From the NCBI RefSeq assembly GCF_009914755.1, contig NC_060934.1: a stretch of DNA of 64,000 nucleotides; one strand, written 5' to 3'. The DNA is from the human T2T-CHM13v2.0 reference genome, Homo sapiens. Of the stretch, positions 40,636 through 54,284 are shown in pieces (position 1 is the stretch's first letter; each line of letters opens with the position of its first letter). A model generated the notes under the pieces. That model was given only the letters and a program-made list of their open reading frames with translations. It ran no database searches and had not been told where the DNA came from. The position numbers and the translations under genes are program-made.

Positions 40636-41569
40636 GGGTTCTGCCATGTTATTGGCCTCCTTTCTTCATCCTCCTCCTTTTTCCCACCTTCCAGCCTCAC
40701 TCTGTAAGTCACACATCTCCAGCATTCTTTGTCGTCCCTGACTCCTGCTGGTCCACACAGAGCACACTGAATGGGTTTCTTAATCCTATCAGAGCCCGTA
40801 TTCTAATTGTAGACAATAATGGCTGTTTTGTCTTTGACTATCTGATAGCAGACTTTAGAATACGGTGTTTTCATTCCCCATGTTTTTGTCGCTTTAGCTG
40901 TTTCTTCCTAGTGTCTTTCTTCCACTGCAGGAATCCAGCATGAAAACACTGGAACTGGAGGAGGTGGAGCTGGGAAGTGCATGCCTGCAAGGTGTTTCTT
41001 GATGATATAGTTTAGCCACCACTGCAGGACCACAAGCCAGAGGTTAAAGGAATCTTTAGACCCTTTTGGTTTTGGTGAAAAGAAAACAACGTTAGAAAGT
41101 CTTGCTTCATAAGTCAACAAACAATTATTCTGTTGTTTTTTTCCTATTACAGTATCAGGCACTCTGGCAGATACAGTGGAATATTTGCTCTTTAAACATT
41201 CATTCTGATTCTCAATAATCTTGGGAGATAAATAGATCAAATCATAGTACCATAACTTTACAGAACGAAGAAGAAACAGCAGAAAATAAAATGTCCTGCA
41301 GTATCCACCATTTTAATTCCTCCTTCCTCCACACTCCCCCATCACTTTTTGCTTTTTCCTCATTGAGCCGCATATTTAATTTTACTTATAGTTAATTTTT
41401 TACAGCTTATAGATGAGGAAACATTCCTAGGACAATAAAGCAATTTGACTAAAAAGAGGTAATAGAATAAGGAAAGACATTTACAAAGTATGTGAAAGCT
41501 TTTTCAGTTATAATTCCTAATATCCTCCTGTAATATTTGAGGAAGACCCTTGACAATCAGATTAGGTTT

Positions 41570-41830
41570 AGATGTGGATTTAACAAGCATTTAATTCAGC
41601 ACTGATGATGAGCCAGGTACTTGGAAGTGCCTGTTAAAGGGATGAATGAATTGTGCCATATTCCTCATGAGTTCCTTAGGAGCTAGTATTTTTCTAGATA
41701 TGAAGGCAAAGTTCAGAGAAGGGGAGTGACTTGCCCAAGGTCACAACAGCTAGTAATCAGCAGAAGCAGGATTCAAATGTGGATGATTGACTCCAAACCC
41801 TAAACTCCTTGGTATACTGCCACATCATTT
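41570..41830 (-). mobile_element. MIR
   Basis: CAGAGAAGGGGAGTGACTTGCCCAAGGTCACA..CAGGATTCAAA. Confidence 0.75.
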
Positions 41831-42039
41831 GCTTCCTACATCAATTAATTAAGGAAGTGCTTGCCTCACAGACATTTGTTAAAAGGATTTTACTAATAAT
41901 GCTGTTGCAAAGACAGAGCCCATTTAGCTGTATTCCTGGTAACGCACACCTGTCTGATGGAATCCAGTTGGGGATTTTAGAAAGAAACATAATCTACAGG
42001 AGAACTTGCATGTGTGTGGCCTGAAAGCTGAATAACTTC

Positions 42040-42525
42040 TGTGGTAGCCAGCATCCAGGATGGTCCCCAATAATCCCCCACTCCTGGAATTCACACCCTT
42101 GTGCAGTCACCTCATATTAGCATATGGTAGAAGAGATGGTATATCCTTTCCAAAATGAGGCTATACAAAAGTCTGCAGCTTTGTCTTGAACACTCTTTCA
42201 GGGCTTGAGCTGGAGGAGGTCTCATAAGGGCCACCTTACATTTTCTCCTAGGCACCTCACCCTCATCTGTCCCTGCTTCATGCCCTGTCTCGAATCTCTA
42301 AGTCTGGGGGAGGTTGGTTGCCATGTTGTGAACAGCCTCATGAACAGGACTATGTGGCTGGGAACTCAGGCCTCTGGTCAGTGAGAAACAGAGGCATGGC
42401 AGAAACTATGTGAGTGAACTTGGAAGTAAAATCTTCAGCCCCAGTTGGGCCTTCAGATGACTGCAGCCTCGTGAGACTCCCTGAGCCAGAACTACCTAGC
42501 TAAGCTGCTTTCAGATTCCTGACAC
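42040..42525 (+). mobile_element. MLT1F/G-type MaLR LTR
   Basis: TGTGGTAGCCAGC..GATGGTCCCCAATAATCCCC..CTTCAGATGACTGCAGCC..CCTGAGCCAGAAC..AGCTAAGCTGC. Confidence 0.78.
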
Positions 42526-43659
42526 AACAGCTGGGCTCTTGCTAGCCTTCTTCTAAACTCACCATCAGGTCCATCTTTGTACATCAAGGGGTGTTTACTA
42601 GTCACTCCTCATTTTTTCTTTTCTCTCTTTAAGGAGCAGTTATAATTTTACATAATAATAGCTTTTTTCTTTTATCCTGATTTGGTAGGAACCTGTGAAT
42701 ACCCCAGATGTACAGAGTGAATGAAAGCACCTGCTACTTAAGCTTTCTATTTCTTTCCCGAATGAAACTCATCAACATCCTGCACAATCCCTTTGGGTGC
42801 AGCAAGCAGATTTGTGAGTGTTGATGGTGATGTGTGCCTGATGGTGTCTGACAGGGCATGGTACCAGCCCAGCAGTAGCAGCACCAGGAGAGCCCAGGGC
42901 TGCAGATGGGGCCCCAGTTCTGATCCCTTCTCTGTGCTCAACCAGCTCTGTGACTTTTATCAAGTCCTGCTACCTTTCTGCCTCATTTTTTATCTGTAAT
43001 AGGGAAATGAGATCATTATGAGGATGGACTGAGATAATAAATGGGACAATGCATTGAAAAGTACAAAGGGTAATACAAATGCTATGTAGTATTAATTAGG
43101 GTTCTAGGTATTATGACTGTGTTAAATAACCCATTACGTGATAGACAGCTTTAAGTGGAAATAAGGGCCTTCCCCCCAACACAGGTGAATATACTTTACA
43201 AAGTGGGAATGATTCCTCATCCTCAGTCAGGTCCTGATGGATGTGCCCATTCATGCATTCATTCACTCAAGAAATCTTTACCATGTGCCCACAATGTGTT
43301 AGGCACTGTTCTAGGCTCTTGAGACACCTAAGTGAACACAACACATGAAGACCCTTGCCCACCCAGAGCCTTCTCTGATGGGTGTGCGGGGCAGGCCTGA
43401 GATGGCTGTGCTTCGAGCCAAGGGAGAGTGGCTGAAAGCTGGAGTTAGCAGTCTGAGGTTGGACCTCCAAATCCATATAGGCTTTGTGCTGGAAGAGGGA
43501 GCTCCGTGCAAAGGAGAGACAATTAGTGCAGGTGTTCAAGGGGACCTGAAGGAGTCAAAGTCTGGAGGAATTCCTGAGCCAAAGGAAAAAGTGACTGTTA
43601 CAGTCACATTTTTGGGAAATTCAAAATCTCTTCAGGGAAGAGGGTCTTGGTAAAAGAAA

Positions 43660-43980
43660 GAAATGTGGCAAAGGGAGAGGGACATGGGAGATGTTGATCA
43701 AAGGGTAGAAGTTTCAGTTACACAAGACCATGAATGAATTCTGGAGCCCTAAGGTACAGCAATGTGACTATAGTTAACAATAATGTACTGTACTGCAATT
43801 TGCTAAGAGGATAGATCTTAAGCATTTCTTACCACAATCAATCAATATGCGGTAATGAGTATTTCAGTTAGCTCTTAATAGTGATTATTTTACCATGTAT
43901 GCATATATCAAAACAACCAGTTGTTTACCTTAAATATATACAATTTTTATTTGCCAATCATTCCTGAATAAAGTCAAAAA
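43660..43980 (+). mobile_element. L1MA9/MB-like 3' end
   Basis: GGGAGATGTTGATCAAAGGGTA..GACTATAGTTAACAATAATGTA..ATATATACAATTTTTATTTG..AATAAAG. Confidence 0.82.
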
Positions 43981-44370
43981 AGAGAGAAAGAAAATGAGTA
44001 GTCAACCCTCCCCCCACCACCTGATGATGAGTTGAGGAGTAGGCCCAGCCAAAACTGGATTGCTTTGCAACCCAGAATAAGAAGAAACAGGAGTTTCCTG
44101 AGGAGGACCAGTTCAGCAGGAGGGGTAGGTCACCTAGGGCGAAGATGAATGTGAGGCTGAATGGTGAACTTGGGCTGCAGAGTTAAGAGCCTGTTTGATC
44201 AGGCTAAGGATTTAGAACATTGTTTTTCATGCAATGGGGATTGTGGATAATTTAGAGTAGAGGAATGATATAATCTGAGCAGATTCATCTGGCAGCAGGG
44301 TGTTGAATCAACTGGAAGGAGAAGAGGTGAAGAGATCATGTTGGAAGGAAAAATAATTTATGATTCTTTT

Positions 44371-44699
44371 TGTTATGGACTGAATTTGCCCCCCTCCTTC
44401 CAAATTAACATACCAAATTTCAATTCCCTGCATCTCTGAATGTGATTGCATTTAGAGAAAGGGTCTTAAAAGGGGGCAATTAAATTAAAATGAGGTTGGT
44501 CAGGTGGGGCCCTAATTCAATAAAACTGGTATCTTTATAGGAGGGAGGGAGGTGCATGCACAGAAGAGTGACCAAGAGAAGAGGAAGCAAGACTGTAATC
44601 TTGGACTTCCAACTTCCAGAACTGTGAGACAACAAATTTCTGTTGTTTAAGCAAGCCGGCTGTGGTGTTTGGTTATGCCAGCCTTAGCAAAGGAATCCA
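44371..44699 (+). mobile_element. MLT1A/B-type MaLR LTR, internally deleted
   Basis: TGTTATGGACTGAATT..TCTTGGACTTCCAACTTCCAGAACTGTGAGA..AAATTTCTGTTGTTTAAGC. Confidence 0.82.
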
Positions 44700-44747
44700 G
44701 ATTCCTCCCTTTTCAGAGGAGCATGGGTTTCCTTTCCTGTAATGTGA

Positions 44748-44935
44748 AGCAGTTCCTAATCCTAACTATGCATTAAAACTCCCCTGGAAAATGTTTTTAA
44801 AGATACTGATTCTTAGGATCCACCCATGAGTCATTTAATCAGAATCTCAGAGTTAATTTTCTGGACATCATTCATCTTTAAAGAAACATTCCCAAATGGT
44901 TCTGATGTGTAGACATACTTGAGAGCCATGGCTTT
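44748..44935. mobile_element. MER5A-like hAT MITE
   Basis: TGCATTAAAACTCCCCTGG..ATACTGATT..AATCAGAATCTC..GGTTCTGATGTG..TTGAGAGCCA. Confidence 0.6.
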
Positions 44936-45320
44936 AAGACAATGGACAAAGCAAGTCAGATTCTTATGTGTTATTGCCATATCTTCACAAAAATTTAAAA
45001 GGGAAAAATATCCTGGCTGCAGGCTTGATAAATAAGATTTTAATCCTTAACTAGATGGTAGTGAACTCTCTTAAAGTAGAAGAAAATGCTTGATAGAAAC
45101 ATAAGGTGGCACTTGATGCAGGTCATTTGGTTTGTGGAGGGTGTAGACTGGAGCATGTGGTTAATGTGAAAGCTCTGTAGCCAGATCTTCCTGTTTGGCG
45201 CGCTTTCCAGCCAGGGTTAAACCCTGTTCAACCTTACTAGCTGTGTGACTGATTGTAAGTTACTTAATTTCACTTTGCCACAGTTTACTTCTGACACATG
45301 GTAAATATTCAATTAATGTT

Positions 45321-45695
45321 TGATATGGTTTGGCTTTGTGTCCCCATCCAAATCTCATCTTGACTTGTAATCCCAGGTGTTGAGGGAGGAACCTGGTGGA
45401 AGGTGATTGGATCATGGGAGAATAGTTTCCCCCATGCTATTCTCATGACAGTGAGTGAGTTCTCATGAGATCTGATGGTTTTATAAGTGTTTGGCAAGTT
45501 CCTCCTTCATTGGCTTCTCTCTCCTGCTTCCATGTGAAAAAGGTCCTTGCTTCCCTTTTCCCTGCTGCCATGATTGTAAGTTTCTTGAGGCCTCCCCAAG
45601 CCATGCAGAACTGTGAGTCAATTAAACCTCTTTCCTTTATGAATTACCCAGTCTCAGGTAGTCTCTTTACAGCAGTGTGAGAACAGACTAATACA
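45321..45695 (+). mobile_element. THE1D/MSTA solo LTR
   Basis: TGATATGGTTTGGCT...CAGACTAATACA; perfect 5-bp TSD ATGTT (45316-45320, 45696-45700). Confidence 0.93.
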
Positions 45696-47709
45696 ATGTT
45701 AGCTTTTATTAGTGATCCTGAAAATATCAATGCAAACCCAAAGATCATGATGTGCTTGTTTGGTCACTAATGATTAGTTTTCTAGTTAGTTAAGCTAATG
45801 TTATGATTGATCAACAGACATCCAACTGGTTCAGAATACACCTCCAGGCCCCTTCTGTGGATTTTCCTGGAGGTTTGGGGTTTTATCAGAATTTTGGGGA
45901 TTATCTTAGTACATCAGAAGGAAGCTCAAAGTGATCTAATAAAAATCAGTTTCAAATGGTTTCAGAATTTACAGGTATATTACATATAAATATTTCTCAG
46001 GGAGTTATGGGTTACTATCAGGGTGAATTACTGGGGAAATTTTCAGAAATGACTCTTTCATGTCCTCTAATCTGAAGGGCCTTCTGAGCTAAAGGAATCA
46101 AAATTTTCTGTCCATTCTTCTCTTATTTAACCCATGGGGGGATTTGGGGATCTTTCTGGAGCATAGTAATGAGAGTTCTATGGTTTAGTGCACCTTTCTT
46201 CTCTGTGCCCTACTTGGATCCCAGATGGAGTTTAGGTAAATTCTTCTGTCTTCGAAGCACAAGATACTTTGATGAAAGAACAGATCACCATCATTGGCAA
46301 TTATTTCCTCTCAGCAAATGGTTTTTGCTGTTTTGAGCTATTGAACTTGGAATTCTGTGTCTTGCCATAGGAGTCACCTCTTTTAAAGTCTTTTATTTAA
46401 ATGGTTGGTTTATCTGCAAGATATGACTAGGCTTATTCCCTTTATCCTAGTGTCTAATGAAATCGGAAAATTCCTTTCTGGTTCCTAAGAAGGAGATACA
46501 AATCAGTGTGGGCTAGAATGGGCTGGGCCTAGTGTAAAATCCTGAGGCCACCCTGGTAGCATGGGGTGGAGAATTTTTCTTCCCTTAAGTGGCTGGACTG
46601 TGAGCATTTGGAAGGCAGAGACTGGACTTCATAGGCTTTGTATTTCCACAGTGCCTAGCATGGGTGTCTGCACTTGGCAAATGACCAATAGATATGTGTT
46701 TCCTCAAAAAACTGCTTGGTTTGGATGTTTGACCTGCCATAGTTATTTCAGATACAGTAGAGAAGACTGAGGGCTATTTTTTAGGCCCTTCTTTCTGTGC
46801 CAGAGGTAGAAATATTTAGGGGATGAGCCAATCATCAAAGAGGAAGCTGAGTCCAACTCCTTGTTCAAAGACTTCTTGATTAGAATAAGAATAGTAGAAT
46901 AATTCCCCAAAAGAATAGTGGAAGGGGACCAAATAGCAGACATGCTCTTCTAATTAGAGCTTTTAGGCCAGGAAGACCCCAAAAGTTGTCACACTGCCTG
47001 CTTCTTGCAACCAGACCAGACTAGATTTATGACATCTGAGATACATAATATCTGATTGCATCTGTTTACATTAGGTCCTTCTTTGCCTTAATCTATGAGT
47101 TTGTCTGTGTACTAAATCATGAAAGCTTTCTGTGTGCTTTTCAATGAAAGCATTTGACTTCCTTCCAAAGGGAAGCACGTAATGAGTAGACACATTCCTC
47201 TTTCCCCTAAACCCAGCTGAGCCACTTACATTTACCTCCCTTTTCTTTCTTTCCCTCACTATGACTCCTCTCCTTTCCTTTTTCTGTTTCTAAAATAGAC
47301 CATCAAAGTTTAATTGCTCAGTACCTTGCTAAGTGTTTGAATTCTCTTGAGGGCACTTATGTGTTTCCAAAAACAGGACTGAATCTGATCTGGATGAGTT
47401 TCAAGCAAGTAGATGTTGTGGTTTGGCAGGAAATAAGGGAAGCCTTTTATTTGAAGGTTTCAGGATGGCATCACTGTCAGATCAGCAAATTTGAATAGCT
47501 CTGAAGCACTGGGGAATGGGCAATGTCTTGCTGATAACATGGGTAATATTTCAGAATAGGTGATAATTACTAAAGTGTTTTGAATTTCTAAAGAACTTAA
47601 AAATTACTCTATAGGGCATTCAGTAGGAAAAAAAGCCGAAGAACTATGGGAGCTGTGTTAGAAAAGTAAGGGTAATGGAAAATAAGACAATTTCAGATAA
47701 TATTGCTAC

Positions 47710-48030
47710 GATTACCACCATGACCATCACCAACAGCACTAGCACCACCACTGCCACCACTACCACTGCCACTACTAGCTAAAAGTTATGGGGTACTTCC
47801 TACGTTCCAGACACTATGCTAACTGCTTTACATTGATTCTCTCACTTTATGTGAATCATCTCACATCAATCTTATGAGGTACGTACTACTATTCTTCTTA
47901 TTCTACACTTGAGGAAGCAGATGTTAGCGAATTAAATAATTTGCTTTTGGATCTCCAGCTACAACATTCTGGAGCTGAAACTTAAAGCTGTGTTTATTTG
48001 CACAAAGCTCATATTCTTAACTGATATGCT
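47710..48030 (-). mobile_element. MIR with (CCA/CTA)n-like end
   Basis: Degenerate ACC/ACT repeat at ~47712-47778, then CCAGACACTATGCTAACTGCTTTACAT..GAGGAAGC. Confidence 0.65.
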
Positions 48031-49179
48031 ATATAAATATAGCCCCTATAGATATATATGTTGATTCAATGTTGGAAATTATGTTGATTAGATAAGGTCA
48101 CTTTCCTTAGTATTATGAGCATATGTGGTGTGCACATGTATGTGTATTTGAGTGCACTGTGCTGGTGACAAGGTAAGTTATAGAAATAGACAAAACTATT
48201 AACCTGAGCTTGGGAAGGCAAGCTCCAGCAGTGGGGATTAAGGATGCCTCTCCCTCTTCTCCTGAGAATGAATCATAAATGTGGTGTCCTTAAATCAGAA
48301 TAATTGAGACCGAGAGGGAGGATGTTAGAGGGCTGAAGACATTTGATTCAAGGAAAGTGGTTCTGGCATTGGTCCTTGATTGGAGCAAGATGTTTAGTTA
48401 GATTGTGGCCATGTAGTAAGTGACAAGATGCTTCTCACCATATGGAGGCCAGAAACAAGAAGGGAAGAAGTTCAAGCAAGGTGCCTGCAGGCACTGCCAG
48501 CCAAACTGGAGCCAAAGGCAAGTTATCATGGTGGCCCTCTGAGCAGTTTTGTTTTTAACTGCATGAATTATTTTGTTTGTATTTTCTATTAATATATTTA
48601 TATTCTGTTTATTTTCACCTTTTCTATCTTCCTTCAAGAAAAATTATTTTTGAAAAATGCCAATTTGTTTCAGTTCTGCTGAGAAAGAGAAAAAGTATAG
48701 GTGCAGTAAGAATCCAGTTGGGGAGGCACTGAATTCATAGAGACTGGAGTAGTGGTATTAGGAGATAAAGGGGGAAGGGGGGAATTTCCAGGGAAAGGTA
48801 GCAGGAATCGCTGATGTAGCCACTCCTCTGCCATTGAATTTCCTCTACAGAGTTCTACATTGTTAGGCTTTTGGAGGATTTTTGTTTGATTTCCTTTAGG
48901 CATGAGTCTTTAACAGAAAAGAAATTTTAAGGTTAAATGGATCACTTTATGTAATAAAGAATAAAGAAAATGAAGATAAATTAAGTTGCTAAAAGAAAAA
49001 CTGTAACATGAATTTTATAAAAAATAAACTTCGTTTCTGTAAATCAGTGATTTTTAACTTCTCTGTTTTGAGATTTGTTATGAGGTACGTTATAAATAAT
49101 CTGTCACCAATAATAAAGGAAAGAAATTTGCAAATATCTTATTGATATTTTTAGTGTAAATTAGAGTAGAATTAAGGTT

Positions 49180-49560
49180 ATATCAGTCAGGATGGGATAG
49201 ACTTTGTGTGGGAACAAACAATCCCTGAGATCTTGGTTGCCTAAAACAGTGAAGTTTTATCTTGTTTATACTGTGTGTCTATTGTGGGTAATCTGGGGGC
49301 TCTTCTCAGGTTATTCACACTCAGGGATAAAAATTGATGAAACCTTATATGGAATGTCTCCAGTCACTGCGGTCAGCAGAAGGAAGCAGGCAAATCCCTC
49401 ATTGGCTCTTGAAGGTTGAAGGAGACACATATCACTACTGTTCACATTTTGTTGGCCAAAATAAGACATACAAACTTGCCTAACAAGGAGCAAGAAGGGG
49501 AAGTGTGATCCTCCATGAAGAGAAGGAGAAGAATTAGAATATTGAGCAATAGCCTGATGA
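49180..49560 (-). mobile_element. MLT1J/K-type old MaLR LTR
   Basis: TATCAGTCAGGATGGGATAG..AACAAACAATCCC..TCACATTTTGTTGGCCAAAATAAGACATA. Confidence 0.65.
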
Positions 49561-50049
49561 CTAGATTAGAGGTTAATTCCTTTACTGCTGTGAATCTTAC
49601 CCCTTTGTGTTCTGCGATGGCCATCATAAGGTGGAGGTGAGGCTCCCATGCAGGAATTGTGCCTAATCCATAAATCATCAGACTATTGTCAAAGCCGGCG
49701 GTGGGGTCTGCATATGAATATTACCCTTCATGTCTGCCCTGGGGACTAAGATTTTGAACTCCTGCCTCAGATAAGGAGAGGGGGCCCAGCTGTACTCTCC
49801 AACTGCTGTGGTTTGGAAGATCCCTGCCTGAGTCATTCAGTGGGAGAGAAGAGAGGACAGGAGGACCTCCCATCACAGAGCTTCTGGGAGCCCCTGACAG
49901 CTGGGAGAACTGACGTACACTTCTAGTAGCAATATTCCAAACTTTTCCCTTAAGGATTTTCCAAGCCTCATCCTCACCTACGCAGCTAAAATCTGGTGCT
50001 TGCATATCTAACCTTGTGATAAACTTTCTATCTCCACTCTTTCTTAACA

Positions 50050-50285
50050 GTTAACATTTACTGAATGCTTGTCGTGTGCCAGCAGCTACTGTTTTAAGCA
50101 CTTGATATGTATTACTAATTATTATTTAATCCTCATAACAACTTGGGGAGGTGGATATTGTTATTATCCCCATTTTACAACTAGGCACAGAGAGATCGAG
50201 GAATGTCCTAGTAAGTAGGACAATCCTATTAGGCTGGGATCAATCCCAGGCCATCTGGCTTCAGAGCCCACTGCATGGCCTTTTG
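50050..50285 (-). mobile_element. MIR
   Basis: ATTTAATCCTCATAACAAC..TTATTATCCCCATTTTACA. Confidence 0.75.
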
Positions 50286-50778
50286 ACTACTAGCAGATAT
50301 TATATTTGGAGGAAATGAGCTTTATTGGAATGTGGATATGAACAATGAAATGCTCAATGATGCCAATAGCAACTCACAGAGATTCTTAAAGACTAAAATC
50401 CTCACAATCTTATACTCTCTATTGAAATCAATAGGATAAAACTGATGCAGGTGTATGCATGGTCCAGCAGACACTTTCATCTTCTAAAGAGCCAAGGCAG
50501 AGCAAATTTACATGACCGAGTGTTAATAGAGCCTTTGTCATGACCAGCAGGTGACCAATTTCCAAAGGCCTAAATTCATTATCTTGTGCACACAGGGCAA
50601 AGCTTATAGGCTTCTGTAGGATATCATTATTGGAAAAGCAAACTTAAACATTTCTTAAAGCAAAACAGGACTGCCTAGAAAAAGAGTGTTACAGTCATGA
50701 AGTAATCATGTCTCTTTCTCTTTCCCCATGGCCCCTCTGCGTATGTATATAAACAAACAAATGTGTGGAGAACTTATG

Positions 50779-50990
50779 CATTGGTGTGCTGGTAAGTGTT
50801 CAACAACTGGTTCTTGGTTATCTGTGGGGGAAAAAGCCTATTTATAGTGGTTGCCAATTTCTATGACGTGAATATTCCCACCACTGCCAATATCAAGTTA
50901 CCAATGTGATATCACTGAATGCAGAATTGGAAAGAGATGCTAAGAATTGGCTCTCATGAGCCAGTATGTACTGGCTTCAGTCCACCAATG
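50779..50990. mobile_element. MER63A-like hAT MITE
   Basis: Terminal inverted repeats CATTGGTGTGCTGG / TCAGTCCACCAATG; internal GCTCTCATGAGCCAG. Confidence 0.75.
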
Positions 50991-51607
50991 ACATTAAGTG
51001 GGAGAGAAAAGATACTCCATAGCTCAGAGTTGCAAAAAAAAAAAAAAAAAAAGTAAGATTTGAGACAGCTTAACTGAAATGAATACACCATCATATCAAA
51101 CTTTTAAGTTAGAGCTGTATTAATTATTTTTATTCTAGAATTAGTGAGACAGACGGTGTACTTTGGGTTATTCTCTGGGAAATGTGAGAGCTATCACCTT
51201 CAAGAATTAAAACTCTGAAAGAGAGAGAGACTAGGATGTGAGACCCTGGGAGTCAGGAGGGCTGAATGCTGCCTGTGGTCTGCTGCTGAGTAGCTGTGAT
51301 CTGGGGCATGTTATTTATCTAAAAGTGTATACATTCTTTTAGAGTCTTCTGGTGCCGACAGTCTGTGGTTTTAAGTCCAGTTAAAGAGGATGGTGAGAAG
51401 AAGAGCCTAAGGTATATCAATAGCAAGGTGGCAGAAAATGGAAAAACAGGAAGAAAAAAAGACTGAGTGGGGGTACTGCGAAAGAGAGATGAAATTGAGA
51501 GAAAGACAAAGAAAAGGCCTAACATTTATTGAGAATATACTATGGGCTACTGGTTATGAGATCATGAGTGATTATGAAACTACAATTATGTGATTACAAA
51601 TCACTTT

Positions 51608-51670
51608 CTCTTTTTTATTTTTATTGTTTTATTTTAAATGAGTTCCTGCGTTGGCTGGGAAACGAACCCG
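51608..51670 (-). pseudogene. 5'-truncated tRNA-Gly-like retrocopy with 3' trailer and A-tail, inside a MIR
   Basis: Minus strand CGGGTTCGTTTCCCAGCCAACGCA (51670-51647; T-arm plus acceptor 3' strand), then GGAACTCATTT, then A-rich tail; AA(T/G)CACTTT on both flanks. Confidence 0.65.
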
Positions 51671-52979
51671 AGAAGCACTTTATTTATTCTATCTAACTCA
51701 ATTTCCATACCAACCTCATGAGACAGTGGTTATTTTCTCTATTTTACAGATGAAGAAAATTAGTCTATAGTACAATTATTCACCCTAAGTTCCACTGCTA
51801 GTGAGTGGCTAACCTGGAGTTCCAAACGAGGTCTGCACTTCCGTAAATCCTGTGTTCTTTGCACCATGCAGTGCTGCCTAAATGAGCAGGAGGTTTGAGA
51901 GGAATGTTAGATTAAAATTACTCCCAGGGAGGCATTTGGACTATGATTCTTATGAATTATCCTTTGACAAGTTTGTTGATCTTCACTGCTCTTTATCTGC
52001 TCAAATCTTTAAGTCTTAAAAGGTTTCCATCTGAATAGGATGATTTAAACAGTCCAGGAAGGCAAACATTATTTCTTGGGATGATGCATCCATCCCAGGA
52101 ACAATAGAATCCTGGGGTTGGGCAGCTTTGGCTCTGGGCTGAAGGTTGCCCTTTGGATCTCTCTGAGGCAAAAGTAGCAGAAAGTAGGTATCGGCTGGGC
52201 CTGGGTTAAACATCAAGTACAGAATTTACAGAAGAGTAAAGAGAGGAAGAGGGAAAAGGAGAGAGAGAGGGAGACAGGGATGTTGATGCAATGGGCAGAT
52301 TTTGTTGCCCAGTAAAGATTACATCATCAGAAGACTGATTCTCAGTCTCTGAGTCTGGCTTAAAATCAAAAGTTAAATCAGACATCTGCTTTAATGAGTA
52401 AGAAAATATTGATTAAAAGGGCCAGACTCCCTCAGCTCCCCGCTCTGGATTCTTGCTGTGTTGACAGCACAAATCGATATCCTCTTGTGAAGGTTTAAGC
52501 TCTGATTTGTGAAATAAGAACTGTACCAGGTCCAATAAGAACTGCCATCCAGCAGGGAAACTGCAGTGGGCACTGGCTCAAGGCAAGCACATTTACCATT
52601 CAGGCTGCTTTTATTCAGGGAGTGAAGCCCTGGGTCAGGGCTCCGGGGAGCTTCACAAATGACCTCCTGCTGCAGACTGAGCAGGAGGGCGTCGGATTCC
52701 ATGCATGCACTACCTTTATTGCATTATATTTGCATGTATACAAATGTCCCTATATTATATTGAGTGAGAGCCATGAAGTGGAATTACAGGCAGCACCCTG
52801 AGTGTATTTGCTGCTGAGATGCTTGTATGACACAGCCCTGTCCTGCATTTTCCTTTCTGTAGGGAGGTCCTAAAGCTGAATGAATCTGTCCTGGTAATAG
52901 ATATGTACACACCTCCTTTGTTCTTACCCACTAAATGGAAGGTTAAATATTTTCTGAGGCTGAAGAATGAACACACATT

Positions 52980-53200
52980 TAAAGTCAAACAGACCTGTCT
53001 CCACCCCCACCCCCCGACTAACTGTGTGACTGGGAGGAAATCATTTAACCTTGTTGAGGCTGTTTTCTTGATTGATATGTAGACAATTTCTGCTTCCTAG
53101 GATTGTTGTGGGATTTGATGAGATCTTGCAAAGAGGATATTTAGGGGAGTGCCTGGTATATAGTAAGCACTCCATACGCTGAGCACTATAATAATCCCAA
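52980..53200 (+). mobile_element. MIR
   Basis: ACTAACTGTGTGACTGGG..TCATTTAACC..AGTGCCTGGTATATAGTAAGCACTC. Confidence 0.7.
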
Positions 53201-53485
53201 TAATTCTCTTAGGTTACTAATGACCTTATTTACATAAATGTCACAGCAGTAGTAGAGGTCTGAATAAAAGGAGAGTAAGCATTACTCTATCCAAATGACT
53301 TTTATTTCTCATCCATGTTTCATTTCTGGCTTCCTCAGCCAAGACAGCCATTAACTAGCTTGGGGAGGGTTACATGTCTGTTCATTTCCTATCACCAAAA
53401 GTGGAAAATAGAGTCACAGATGTCAGCTCTACATTGGCCATGTGACTTTGGGGTCAGACAGATGCTTGTGCTCTCTGGGATTTAG

Positions 53486-53790
<305 letters not shown>

Positions 53791-54241
53791 TAGTTTCCTT
53801 ATCTTTAAAGAGAGGGTGCAGTAATAGGGAATTTGACATCCCTAAGACCCGTGTGTGGGGATATTTCTGGATGGTTCTATGTTCTGTTTCCTGGCACTGT
53901 ATCTTTTCCTCTTAACATCTGTCTGTGACTTGAAGATCTTCTCTGCTTTTTCAACAACTTTTTGTTCCTCCAGGCTGGAGCCTTCCCTGACAGTTGCTGC
54001 CTGTTTCTTTCTGTCTTCTTGGATTCCACTATTTGGCACTCACTGACGACTTCTGTGGTCTTGAATCACGGAGTGATTATTCTTCTGTCTGATGTTCCTT
54101 GGTCACCACTCTTTGGGTGTTCTTCCCCAAATTTTGCTTTTTACTCATTTTGGGGGTTAAATGACCCTAAACGGTACCTCTGTCAATGGGGACAAATAGG
54201 GTGTTTTGCAGATGTTCAAACCAGATTGTTCCTCTAAGCTG

Positions 54242-54284
54242 CTTCACTGATCATTCACATTTTGGATGCGAATGATCAGTGAAG
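54242..54284. repeat. Short inverted repeat (perfect 15-bp arms)
   Basis: CTTCACTGATCATTC-acattttggatgc-GAATGATCAGTGAAG. Confidence 0.95.

Noticed and set aside
53842-54150. Charged, protein-like minus-strand ORF (..EEQKVVEKAEKIFKSQ..)
   Set aside because: GTG start with an in-frame stop immediately upstream, no A-tail or TSD, no family I can recognise; purine-rich composition explains the Lys/Glu bias. A translated search could still reveal an old transposon or pseudogene.
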